This document shows, one piece after another, positions 8,571 through 17,167 of a stretch of DNA of 52,676 nucleotides. The DNA comes from an uncultured Candidatus Saccharibacteria bacterium. Lineage in GTDB: Bacteria; Patescibacteriota; Minisyncoccia; Phycocordibacterales; UBA9973. The notes beneath the pieces were generated by a model. It did not search any database and was not told the origin of the DNA. It was given only the letters and a program-made list of their open reading frames with translations. Position 1 is the first letter of the stretch; the number at the start of each line of letters is the position of its first letter. The stretch spans positions 1-52,676 of the forward strand of contig CAZOLF010000001.1 in assembly GCA_964580855.1 (NCBI GenBank). The letters run 5' to 3'. Both the position numbers and the translations under genes were made by a program.

Positions 8571-8605
8571 TCTTTATTGTACATTCACAATTAAATATAT
8601 AAATC

Positions 8606-8956
8606 ATGGAAAATAAAAATTACACTTTTATTAGCACTCTCCTCGAATTATTTGGAGTAAGAAATTTTGAAATCTATAATGAAAATCGGTTTTGTCCGAA
8701 AAGCATTAGCGAGACGCATCGCACAACACACATCGTTGTTCAAATGGACAATCCAGAGGAACATGAAATTCTACTCAAGAATAACTTTTTTAAAGAAAAA
8801 GTAATTCAAAATCACACAGACATGAAATGTTTTGAAAAAACATTCGAAACAGAAAAAATGTTAATCTGGATATATCCTCAAAATAAACACCCGGATCTTT
8901 GCAACGATTTTGTTCAACATTATATTTATAAAAAATATTCTCAGACAATTATCTAA
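8606..8956 (+). CDS. Hypothetical protein
   Basis: 116-aa ORF downstream of promoter 8401 and upstream of terminator 9002. No family recognised. Confidence 0.55.
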   Translation: MENKNYTFISTLLELFGVRNFEIYNENRFCPKSISETHRTTHIVVQMDNPEEHEILLKNNFFKEKVIQNHTDMKCFEKTFETEKMLIWIYPQNKHPDLCNDFVQHYIYKKYSQTII

Positions 8957-9001
8957 AGGAAGTAGTAGCAATTTATTGCAACTTGATTCCATGACTTTAA
9001 A

Positions 9002-9035
9002 ATAAAATCCCGCTTTATACAAAGCGGGATTTATT
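9002..9035. terminator. Bidirectional intrinsic terminator shared by ORF 8606 (+) and glmS (-)
   Basis: aaatcccgcttt (9005-9016) pairs with aaagcgggattt (9021-9032), loop atac. A/T runs on both sides. Confidence 0.75.
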
Positions 9036-10872
9036 ATTCTACAGTTACACTTTTCGCCAAGTTGCGAGGCTTGTCTACATCAGCACCACGGAGTATTGCA
9101 GTGTGGTATGCAAGGAGTTGGAGTGGGATAACAGAAAGTATTGGCATCCATTCGTCTGGAACGTTTGGAATTTCGATTGTGTGATCAAAAATATTTTTTG
9201 TATCGTTATTATTCTCTCGAACAATTCCGATAGTCAGTGCGCCACGAGCTTTGACCTCTTGAACATTGGAAATAACTTTCTCAATCAAATTCTCATTTGT
9301 TGCAATCGTAATTACCGGGAAATCTTTCTCTACAAGTGCAATTGGACCATGCTTCATTTCAGCAGCGGGGTAGCCTTCGGCGTGAATGTAAGAAATTTCT
9401 TTTAATTTCAGTGCCCCTTCGAGCGCAACAGGGAATAGGATTCCACGCCCAAGGAATAGTGCATTGTCTTTTTCTTTGAGAATTTCCGCAATCTTTTTTA
9501 TCTTCTCTTCTTCTTTTAATACTTTATTTACTGACTCGCCAATCTTTTCCAATGAATCGATGAGCTTATTGTATTCTGTTTCGTCTAATGTGTTACGCTT
9601 TTTTGCAAGCAATAATGCAAGGAGCGAAAGGATGACAACTTGACCAGTGAAAGCTTTGGTTGATGCAACCCCGATTTCCGGACCCACATGGATGTATGAT
9701 CCACCATCTGTCATACGTGCAATCGATGATCCCACCACATTACAGATTCCATAAGTGACTGCTCCGCATTCTTTTGCCAGCTGTAGCGCGGCGAGAGTAT
9801 CAGCTGTCTCCCCGGATTGGGAAATGGCAATCACAATATCGTGCTTATTTAAAATTGGTTTGCGATAGCGAAATTCGGATGCGTACTCAACCTCCACTGG
9901 CATTTTCGCCAATGACTCAATCAGATATTCCCCAACTAGTCCGGATATCCATGATGTTCCGCAAGCCACAATTATAATTCGACGGGCAATCTCCATTTGT
10001 TCAGAAATTTCTTCCAATCCCCGCAAGTGCACAGTTCGATCAGGCAAGATGTGTCCACGCAATGCGTCGGCAATAGTATGTGACTGCTCGAAAATTTCTT
10101 TCTGCATATAATGCTCATATCCATTTTTCTCTAATGCTTCCGCTTCCATTGTCAGCTTTTCGACAAATGGCGTAGCGGGCACACCAGCAATACTAGAAAT
10201 ATCATATGTTCCATCTCGGCGGACAATCGCGATTTGATTGTCTTCAAGATAAACAACATCTTTTGTGTATTCTACGATTGGCGATGCGTCACTTGCTACA
10301 AAAAATTCTTCCACTCCAATTCCGAGCACAAGAGGACTCCCTCGACGCGCGACAATAAGCTCATCAGGTAAATTCTCATCCATCACAATAATTGCATACG
10401 CACCAATAACTTGTGAGAGCGCACTGCGGACAGATTCAAGTAGAGATAATTTATCTTTTTCTTTTATTGTTTCAATCAGATGCACAAGGACCTCGGTATC
10501 AGTATCACTTTTAAAAGTATGCCCCTCTTTCATCAATGCCTGCTTGAGTACGACATAGTTTTCGATAATTCCATTATGGATGATTGCCATCCTTCCTTTC
10601 TCAGATAAATGAGGGTGAGCATTTCTATCGGAAGGTTCCCCATGTGTTGCCCAGCGAGTATGCCCAATACCAATTGTACCTTTGGTATCCACTCCCTCGG
10701 AAAGTTTCAAAAGTTCAGCGACTTTGCCTTTCTTTTTGAAGACCTTCATCTTACTAGAAGCAACTAGTGCCACCCCAGCAGAATCATACCCACGATATTC
10801 GAGCATTTGTAAGCCTTTTATAATAACTGGGAAGGCTTCGCGCTTCCCAATGTATCCTATTATTCCGCACAT
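9034..10872 (-). CDS. glmS: Glutamine--fructose-6-phosphate aminotransferase (isomerizing)
   Basis: ORF 9034..10920 trimmed to MCGIIGYIGKREAF; Ntn amidotransferases need Cys2 after the initiator Met. SIS motifs SQSGETADT present. Ends AKSVTVE as in GlmS. Confidence 0.95.
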   Translation of the reverse strand: MCGIIGYIGKREAFPVIIKGLQMLEYRGYDSAGVALVASSKMKVFKKKGKVAELLKLSEGVDTKGTIGIGHTRWATHGEPSDRNAHPHLSEKGRMAIIHNGIIENYVVLKQALMKEGHTFKSDTDTEVLVHLIETIKEKDKLSLLESVRSALSQVIGAYAIIVMDENLPDELIVARRGSPLVLGIGVEEFFVASDASPIVEYTKDVVYLEDNQIAIVRRDGTYDISSIAGVPATPFVEKLTMEAEALEKNGYEHYMQKEIFEQSHTIADALRGHILPDRTVHLRGLEEISEQMEIARRIIIVACGTSWISGLVGEYLIESLAKMPVEVEYASEFRYRKPILNKHDIVIAISQSGETADTLAALQLAKECGAVTYGICNVVGSSIARMTDGGSYIHVGPEIGVASTKAFTGQVVILSLLALLLAKKRNTLDETEYNKLIDSLEKIGESVNKVLKEEEKIKKIAEILKEKDNALFLGRGILFPVALEGALKLKEISYIHAEGYPAAEMKHGPIALVEKDFPVITIATNENLIEKVISNVQEVKARGALTIGIVRENNNDTKNIFDHTIEIPNVPDEWMPILSVIPLQLLAYHTAILRGADVDKPRNLAKSVTVE

Positions 10873-10926
10873 ACAACTATCATATGTTACAATAGGGGTA
10901 CAATGCAAGAGACATTTCAAAAAAAT

Positions 10927-11949
10927 ATGGCGAAATATGATACCAAAAATATTTTCGGGTCTATTGAATTATTCCCTGATCAATGCACAACTGCCTGGAA
11001 TACACGAAGCGACACGAGAGAAAGAAAAGCGGTAAACAATATTTTGGTTGCCGGTATGGGGGGATCCGCGCTTGGCGCATACATTTTGCAATCTCTTGAT
11101 ATTTTCACAGTACCGATCACGATGAGTCATGATTATAATATCCCATCTTGGGTGGATGAAACGACGCTTGTCCTTGCGATCAGCTACTCGGGCACAACAG
11201 AGGAAACATTATCCGCAACTCGCAATGCGATAGTAAACAGTGCGCAAGTTGTCTGCATCACCCTCGGCGGAGAATTGGAAAGTATCGCAATTGAAAATAA
11301 TCTAGAACTCCGGAAAATTTATCCTGAAACAAATCCTTGTGGTCAGCCGAGATTCGGAGTCGGATTTATGATGATGGACATAATAAAGACCTGTATGGAT
11401 TATGGCGTCTGTAATTTAGAAAAAGGGGCTGTTGAAAAATCTTTGGAAGAATTGGAAAAGTGGCAAAATAATTTCAAAGAGAATAATTCAATCGATACAA
11501 TTTATAAAGAAGCACAAAATCTGGCGGAAAAAATGCCGATCCTTGTGGCGAATGGGCACCTTGCCAACGTAGCACGCTTTGCTCGTAACCAAATGAACGA
11601 AACAGCCAAGGCCCTCGCACAGTCGTACGAAATCCCTGAACTCAACCACCACTTGATGGAAGGTTTGGAATTCCCAACCACAAATAAAGAAGAATTATAT
11701 TTTATATTTTTTGAATCAAGCTTATACAGCCCTAAAATAAATAAAAGAATTTCTGTGACAAAAGATGTATTAAGTAAACAACATATAAAATACACTAATA
11801 TACAGATAGAGGGAGAAAATAAATTGTCCCAAGTCTTAATAGGGATGCAAAGGGCAATGTACTTGGCCTACACACTAGGCATAATCCACGAAAAAGACCC
11901 AAGCGACATCAAATGGGTCAACTATTTCAAAGAGCAATTATCTAAATAA
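10927..11949 (+). CDS. Bifunctional phosphoglucose/phosphomannose isomerase family protein (SIS domain)
   Basis: VAGMGGSALGAYILQS and ISYSGTTEETLSA are SIS/PGI-PMI motifs. Start set at ATG 10927 (MAKYDTKNIF); 10903 is also possible. Confidence 0.75.
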   Translation: MAKYDTKNIFGSIELFPDQCTTAWNTRSDTRERKAVNNILVAGMGGSALGAYILQSLDIFTVPITMSHDYNIPSWVDETTLVLAISYSGTTEETLSATRNAIVNSAQVVCITLGGELESIAIENNLELRKIYPETNPCGQPRFGVGFMMMDIIKTCMDYGVCNLEKGAVEKSLEELEKWQNNFKENNSIDTIYKEAQNLAEKMPILVANGHLANVARFARNQMNETAKALAQSYEIPELNHHLMEGLEFPTTNKEELYFIFFESSLYSPKINKRISVTKDVLSKQHIKYTNIQIEGENKLSQVLIGMQRAMYLAYTLGIIHEKDPSDIKWVNYFKEQLSK

Positions 11950-11964
11950 ATCAAGACTTTCTAT

Positions 11965-11995
11965 AAAATCCCCTTATTTCACAAGGGGATTTTAC
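11965..11995 (+). terminator. Intrinsic terminator (AAAATCCC...GGGATTTT class)
   Basis: aaaatcccctt (11965-11975) pairs with aaggggatttt (11983-11993). The -35 of the next promoter begins at 11996. Confidence 0.7.
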
Positions 11996-12025
11996 TTGAC
12001 AAATGGGGTAATATTGTGCTATAAT
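11996..12025 (+). promoter_or_regulatory. Sigma70-like promoter with extended -10
   Basis: TTGACA (11996-12001), 18 nt, then TGC-TATAAT (12017-12025). Leader of about 75 nt before the ATG at 12101. Confidence 0.55.
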
Positions 12026-12100
12026 ATATCCAAATTAATTAAACGGGGCCAGCGAAAACCCGACAAAGAAGTAGCACCAAAAAACAAAACCCTTTAACAA

Positions 12101-12949
12101 ATGAAACAAAGATTTATTTTCTTGACAGCTTTGATTGTAGCCTTAACAACAATCGCTAACGCGCAGATGCGCACGTATGTGGACATGTTCTCGAAATCAG
12201 CTTATGTGGTTTCTAGCCAAAAATTGGACAAGGTAACATTCTTTTCCAATGGAAAGCCCGTAATGACTTTTTACGAAACAAATTCACTGGGAGTCGAATT
12301 ACCAAGACGGGTATTCGAAAAAAACTTATCCAGTGCAAAATTTGGTTCATGGAAAGTTCCCGGAGACTTCATGTACTCCTTCAACTACAACGCAAACAAA
12401 GAAGAACCCAATTACAATTTCTGGGAATTAACCGTTGCTGTTGAATGGACTATGGACAGAACAACACATGACACATTATTCAGCCCATGCTGCCCTTCAA
12501 ACATCGTGTATATAACTACCGATGACATTGAAGACGCAAAGGAACGTAACGTTCTTGAAGCAAGAGCGGCAAGGCTGGAGTGGAAGCTAAGATCCTGGGG
12601 GCTCGTTTTAGACTGGAGTGGTTACAATAGTAACTATTTTAGAATAAAACGAGGTAATGATAGTCTCCCTGAGCTCTTATCTTTTTACATTCACAACAAA
12701 CTTGTGGTAAGTGAAAATGATAGTACTGTTATTATCACTGGACTCCCTTATCACAATTACTGTAAGGAAAACAAACCAGAAGATGAATCTTTGTTCCTTC
12801 GATTCAACGGAAAACCTATTGGCTCAGATATCAGGTCTGTAAAAGAAAATTCCTTTGTGCTTACAATTCGTAAAAACAAAGAAGCCGTAGTGAGCACTAA
12901 AACGTTGAATGGGAAAGAAGAGACCTTTAAGGTTGATCTTAAAATTTAA
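12101..12949 (+). CDS. Hypothetical secreted protein
   Basis: Signal-peptide-like N-terminus MKQRFIFLTALIVALTTIANA/Q. No family recognised. Confidence 0.65.
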   Translation: MKQRFIFLTALIVALTTIANAQMRTYVDMFSKSAYVVSSQKLDKVTFFSNGKPVMTFYETNSLGVELPRRVFEKNLSSAKFGSWKVPGDFMYSFNYNANKEEPNYNFWELTVAVEWTMDRTTHDTLFSPCCPSNIVYITTDDIEDAKERNVLEARAARLEWKLRSWGLVLDWSGYNSNYFRIKRGNDSLPELLSFYIHNKLVVSENDSTVIITGLPYHNYCKENKPEDESLFLRFNGKPIGSDIRSVKENSFVLTIRKNKEAVVSTKTLNGKEETFKVDLKI

Positions 12950-12950
12950 A

Positions 12951-13003
12951 TCCCGCCGTAGCTGATGGAAAAATCCCATCTTAGCACGGTGGGATTTTTT
13001 CTT
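12951..13003 (+). terminator. Intrinsic terminator (AAAATCCC...GGGATTTT class) with an extended outer stem
   Basis: aaaaatccca (12969-12978) pairs with tgggatttttt (12990-13000). An outer stem pairs cccgccgt with acggtggg. Confidence 0.65.
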
Positions 13004-13012
13004 TTCTTACGC

Positions 13013-13042
13013 TTGACAGTAGGTACATATTTGTGCTATAAT
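13013..13042 (+). promoter_or_regulatory. Sigma70-like promoter with extended -10
   Basis: TTGACA (13013-13018), 18 nt, then TGC-TATAAT (13034-13042). Confidence 0.55.
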
Positions 13043-13066
13043 TACACCAAATAAATTTAAGCAAAA

Positions 13067-13477
13067 ATGAAAAAAGTACTATTTATTATCGCCATGGTAG
13101 CATTCGGTTCTACCTTAAAAGCAACTGAAGCAGTTCCTCAAACTTTAACCCAAAAACAACTTGAACTTCTGGAACAAAGACCAACTCAGTTAAGCATGGA
13201 AGATGCTTACGAGATGATGACCAAAGGAGGAAGTCAAACTTTTGGACCCAAATATCTTGAGGTTAGAGATCCGAAGTCTGGATGGAAAATCCCTTTCACA
13301 TGCAGTGAGGCCGGAGTCTGGACAACAATCTCATTCTCAAATGGAAATTGGGACATCACCGAAGAAATCGAGTCTTATACTGAAGGGAAAGTTGATTGGT
13401 ACCACATTTGGATAACTTCATGTACTCTTGCTGGAGTATTAGTGGGATTTTGGCTTTTTAAAAGAAGATGGTGGTAG
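13067..13477 (+). CDS. Hypothetical secreted protein with a C-terminal membrane anchor
   Basis: Signal peptide MKKVLFIIAMVAFGSTLKA and C-terminal TM WITSCTLAGVLVGFWLF followed by KRRWW. Confidence 0.6.
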   Translation: MKKVLFIIAMVAFGSTLKATEAVPQTLTQKQLELLEQRPTQLSMEDAYEMMTKGGSQTFGPKYLEVRDPKSGWKIPFTCSEAGVWTTISFSNGNWDITEEIESYTEGKVDWYHIWITSCTLAGVLVGFWLFKRRWW

Positions 13478-13501
13478 ATCAATTAAATTATCTTCAAATC
13501 T

Positions 13502-13541
13502 GTACAACTAGAGAAAATCCAGTTGTACGGATTTTCTTTTT
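13502..13541 (+). terminator. Intrinsic terminator with two interleaved hairpins
   Basis: gaaaatcc (13513-13520) pairs with ggattttc (13529-13536), followed by ttttt. Its loop agttgtac can instead pair with gtacaact (13502-13509). Confidence 0.55.
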
Positions 13542-13615
13542 GCCTGTCTGTCTGCAGGCAGGTCTATTTATAAAAAACCACTTTTATGCTATAAATGACC
13601 TATTAATAGATAGCT

Positions 13616-13676
13616 ACTAGTCGGCAGACAATTAGAGTTGAAACAGTCGTTTCAAAACTAGAGTCTGGAGACTAGT
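13616..13676 (+). other. Long imperfect stem-loop in the pnp 5' leader
   Basis: actagtc (13616-13622) pairs with gactagt (13670-13676). Inner pairs are cagac with gtctg and ttgaaac with gtttcaa, loop agtc. Confidence 0.45.
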
Positions 13677-13686
13677 TATATATAGT

Positions 13687-15816
13687 ATGAAAACACAAGA
13701 ATTCGAGGTAGAAATTGGTGGCAAGAAAATTGTCGCTATGTTTACTGATTTGGCTGACCAAGCCAATGGCTCGGTGATATTAAAAAGTGGAGGCACAGTC
13801 GTAATGGCAACAGCTGTTATTAGTCACGATGGGAAATCTAATCCGGGATTTTTTAATTTGACTGTGGAATATTTAGAGAAATTTTATGCAGCGGGTAAAA
13901 TACTCGGCTCACAATTTATGCGCCGAGAGGGAAGACCAAGCGACCAAGCAATCCTCGCTGCGCGTGTGATAGACCGTACAATCCGCCCACTCTTTGATCA
14001 CAGAATCAAGAATGCTGTGCAAGTAATTATCACAGTAATCGCTGTCGGCGATGCAGACCCAAAAACACTTGGTATCAATGCAGCATCAATTGCATTACAC
14101 ACTTCAAATATTCCATGGGCAGGACCAGTGGGGGGAGTGCATATCAGTAGTACAAAAGATAATTCTACAATTGGAGTTAACAATTATATTCCAAGTTCTG
14201 ATGAGCCGGTGTACACACTCGATTTAATGGTATGCGGAAAAGAAAACACTATAAATATGATCGAGTCAATGGCGTTTGAACTTGATGAAGATACAATGGG
14301 ACAAGCATTTGATTTGGCAATGCAAGAAATCACAAAATGGGAAACTTTCCAGAAAATGTTACGAGAGAAAATTGGTAAAGAGAAATTGCTCTTCCCGCAT
14401 CCAGAAACTCCGAGTGAACTTGCAGAAATTTTTAACAAAGAAATCAAACCAACCCTTGATGCTGACTTGTTCGGTGAACATAGCAAAAAGACAATCAAGG
14501 AAATGTGGGACAAGTGGAAAAAGATTGTCGATGAGATGTATGTAGATGATCAAGAAAAGAAATTCGTCGCCGAAGATTACATTGAAAGCTATATCAATGA
14601 TGTGTTACACAAGCGAGCACTTTCTGATGATATGCGCCCAGACTTACGAAAGCTTGATGAAGTTCGTGCTCTTTCTGGGGTGGCGGGTGGTATATCAGAT
14701 GTGTTACACGGTTCTGGAATTTTCTATCGTGGCGAAACACACGTGATGAGCGTGCTAACGCTAGGCGGACCTGAAAGTATGCATACAATAGATGGTATCG
14801 AAAATGCCTACAAGAAAAGATTCATGCACCATTACAATTTCCCTCCATATTCTGCTGGTGAAACAGGACGCGTAGGAGGAATCAATCGCCGAGAAATGGG
14901 GCACGGCTTCCTAGCCGAGAAAGCGCTTATCCCAGTATTGCCAAGCAAAGTTGATTTTCCTTACACAATCCGTGTGGTGTCTGAATCAACCGCAAGTAAT
15001 GGATCTACATCACAAGCAAGTATCTGCGCAATGACAATTGCAATGATGGACGGAGGTGTGCCAATCAAAGCCCCTGTTGCAGGTATTTCAATTGGAGCGA
15101 TGATTGATGAAAAAGATAATACAAAATACAAGCTCATTACTGATATCCAAGGCCCAGAGGACCACTACGGAGATATGGATTTCAAAGTTGCAGGAACAGC
15201 AAATGGAATTACAGCAATACAATTGGATATCAAAGTTGACGGGGTACCAGTGAAAGTCTTGAAAGATGCATTGGGCAAAGCTAAAACTGCACGCTTACAT
15301 ATTTTGGAAGCGATCAAAAATGTAATAGCAGAGCCAAGGAAAGATATATCATCTCGAGCACCAAAAATCGTAACGATCAAAATCAAGAAAGACCAGATCG
15401 GAATGGTCATCGGCCCTGGTGGAAAAAATATCAATGCAATTCGTGAAGCCACTGGCACAGAGATCACAATCGAAGAAGATGGCACAGTATTTATAACAGG
15501 AAAAGATGGAGGAGCAGAGAAAGCCCGAGTGATGATTGAGGAAATGACTCATGAATACAAAGTAGGCGACACTGCAAATGCAACTATAGTAAAGATCGTT
15601 GAGTTCGGAGCATTCGCAAGTATCGCTCGCGATACAGAGGGCTTGATACACATTTCTGAAATGGCTCCTTTCCGTGTGAATAACGTCAGCGAATTACTGA
15701 AAGAAGGCGACATCGTTCCAATCAAAATAATTAAGGTAGACGAACGTGGAAAATTATCCTTCTCTATAAAAGAAATGGATAAGAATTTCTTTGATAGTAA
15801 GAAACCGCAAAGTTAA
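13687..15816 (+). CDS. pnp: Polyribonucleotide nucleotidyltransferase (PNPase)
   Basis: Two RNase PH-like halves (REGRPSDQAILAARVIDRTIRPLF; RREMGHGFLAEKAL), KH domain (MVIGPGGKNINAIREATG) and a C-terminal S1 domain (VGDTANATIVKIVEFGAFASI...GLIHISEM). Confidence 0.95.
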   Translation: MKTQEFEVEIGGKKIVAMFTDLADQANGSVILKSGGTVVMATAVISHDGKSNPGFFNLTVEYLEKFYAAGKILGSQFMRREGRPSDQAILAARVIDRTIRPLFDHRIKNAVQVIITVIAVGDADPKTLGINAASIALHTSNIPWAGPVGGVHISSTKDNSTIGVNNYIPSSDEPVYTLDLMVCGKENTINMIESMAFELDEDTMGQAFDLAMQEITKWETFQKMLREKIGKEKLLFPHPETPSELAEIFNKEIKPTLDADLFGEHSKKTIKEMWDKWKKIVDEMYVDDQEKKFVAEDYIESYINDVLHKRALSDDMRPDLRKLDEVRALSGVAGGISDVLHGSGIFYRGETHVMSVLTLGGPESMHTIDGIENAYKKRFMHHYNFPPYSAGETGRVGGINRREMGHGFLAEKALIPVLPSKVDFPYTIRVVSESTASNGSTSQASICAMTIAMMDGGVPIKAPVAGISIGAMIDEKDNTKYKLITDIQGPEDHYGDMDFKVAGTANGITAIQLDIKVDGVPVKVLKDALGKAKTARLHILEAIKNVIAEPRKDISSRAPKIVTIKIKKDQIGMVIGPGGKNINAIREATGTEITIEEDGTVFITGKDGGAEKARVMIEEMTHEYKVGDTANATIVKIVEFGAFASIARDTEGLIHISEMAPFRVNNVSELLKEGDIVPIKIIKVDERGKLSFSIKEMDKNFFDSKKPQS

Positions 15817-15842
15817 GCAAATTTTGTAGTATAATGTCATAG

Positions 15843-16736
15843 ATGGAAGAAAAACCTAAAGACACAAAATTAAGTGACGACAAAATTCCTGCACTTCACA
15901 CCTATGCAGGAGATATGGCAACAATGGTCCGCGAGTACGAAGGCTCCGTGATTAAAATCGCGCTTGCTGAACAAAAACGCAGAGAAGAGGAAACGCAAAA
16001 AGTAAAAACCATACAAAAAAAACGAGTTGGTGTATTCCTTTTTATTCTTGGAATTATACTGATTGCTGCATCTATTTATGGAGTAATTATAAGCTTCGAA
16101 CAATCAAAGAAGAATGCCGTCCATGAAGAAATGGGGTTCCTCCCGACACCAATCCCAACCGACGACCAAATCATAGTAAATACAGAAAACATAACAGGGA
16201 AAGAAGATCTCAAAAATTTATTCAAAAATTCGAGGACGACACCAAGCCCAGAAGGACAGGTCCGTGCATTATTTTTCGTAAAGGGTGCAGTGCCTAACCA
16301 ACGCATCATATCCACAAATGAATTTCTGGACCTCGAACTAAGCAGTATGCCAAGCAATATGAGAGAAAATCTCAAGGAAGAATTTATGGTTGGATTTTAT
16401 AATGAGAAGGGGGTCACACACACTTTCTTTATTTTCCAAATCAATGATTATGACAAAGCTTATGCCGGAGCTCTCGCATGGGAGAAGACATTGCTTGATG
16501 AATTCTTTTTAATCTTCAATATCGATGTTTTAGGTGACAATAAAATACTTCTGGAAAAACCATTTGAAGATATCTTGGTAAATAATAAAAATATGCGTGT
16601 ACTCACAGATACAAAAGAAAAACCAATCCTTTACTCCGTTTTCTTAAACCAAAATCTATATATGCTTACGGATAACGAACAGGCTATAAATGAAGTTGCC
16701 AAGCGTCTACGCACTATCAACACTCGACCTTTGTAA
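15843..16736 (+). CDS. Hypothetical single-pass membrane protein
   Basis: One TM segment (VGVFLFILGIILIAASIYGVIISF) followed by a soluble domain of about 210 aa. TATAAT (15830-15835) lies 7 nt before the ATG. Confidence 0.65.
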   Translation: MEEKPKDTKLSDDKIPALHTYAGDMATMVREYEGSVIKIALAEQKRREEETQKVKTIQKKRVGVFLFILGIILIAASIYGVIISFEQSKKNAVHEEMGFLPTPIPTDDQIIVNTENITGKEDLKNLFKNSRTTPSPEGQVRALFFVKGAVPNQRIISTNEFLDLELSSMPSNMRENLKEEFMVGFYNEKGVTHTFFIFQINDYDKAYAGALAWEKTLLDEFFLIFNIDVLGDNKILLEKPFEDILVNNKNMRVLTDTKEKPILYSVFLNQNLYMLTDNEQAINEVAKRLRTINTRPL

Positions 16737-16773
16737 AATTTGCAGGTTTTGAAATGCATGCTAATATTGTAAT

Positions 16774-17127
16774 ATGTCACAAAAATACAAAATACAATTA
16801 GAGGAAGAGCAGAAGTTACTCACAGATGAGCTTTTGGGTATGGGTGCGTACAAAGATAATGGTGGAACTTGGCAAGCAAAGCCAAGCGTACAAACTGCCC
16901 CAGAGGCAGACATGAACGATCTTGCTGATCGTAATGAAGACTTCGAGGAGAAAAGTTCCATTGTTTTCACTTTAGGTGAGCGAATGAAAGATATCGAAAA
17001 AGCACTAGAAAAAGTTGATTCGAAAAAATTTGGGATCTGTGAAAAATGTGGAGGCAAGATACAAGACGAGCGCCTAGATGCCAACCCTGCTGCATCTACT
17101 TGTATGAATTGTTTAAATAAAATCTAA
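16774..17127 (+). CDS. DksA/TraR-family C4 zinc-finger protein
   Basis: C-terminal CEKCGGKIQDERLDANPAASTCMNC (CxxC-N17-CxxC) after a coiled-coil region. TGC-TAATAT (16759-16767) lies 6 nt before the ATG. Confidence 0.75.
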   Translation: MSQKYKIQLEEEQKLLTDELLGMGAYKDNGGTWQAKPSVQTAPEADMNDLADRNEDFEEKSSIVFTLGERMKDIEKALEKVDSKKFGICEKCGGKIQDERLDANPAASTCMNCLNKI

Positions 17128-17156
17128 AAAATCTCCCCTACGGGGGATTTTTTGTT
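17127..17156 (+). terminator. Short intrinsic terminator
   Basis: aaaaaatctcccc-tac-gggggatttttt. Short GC stem with flanking A and T runs. Overlaps the -10 of comM. Confidence 0.5.
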
Positions 17157-17167
17157 ATAATATAAAT

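Noticed and set aside
10873-10926. glmS ribozyme, or a longer glmS N-terminus (ORF start at 10920)
   Set aside because: GlmS needs Cys directly after the initiator Met (MCGIIGY at 10872). Only about 54 nt separate glmS from the divergent PGI/PMI gene, too short for the ~170-nt ribozyme, and no core motifs are seen.
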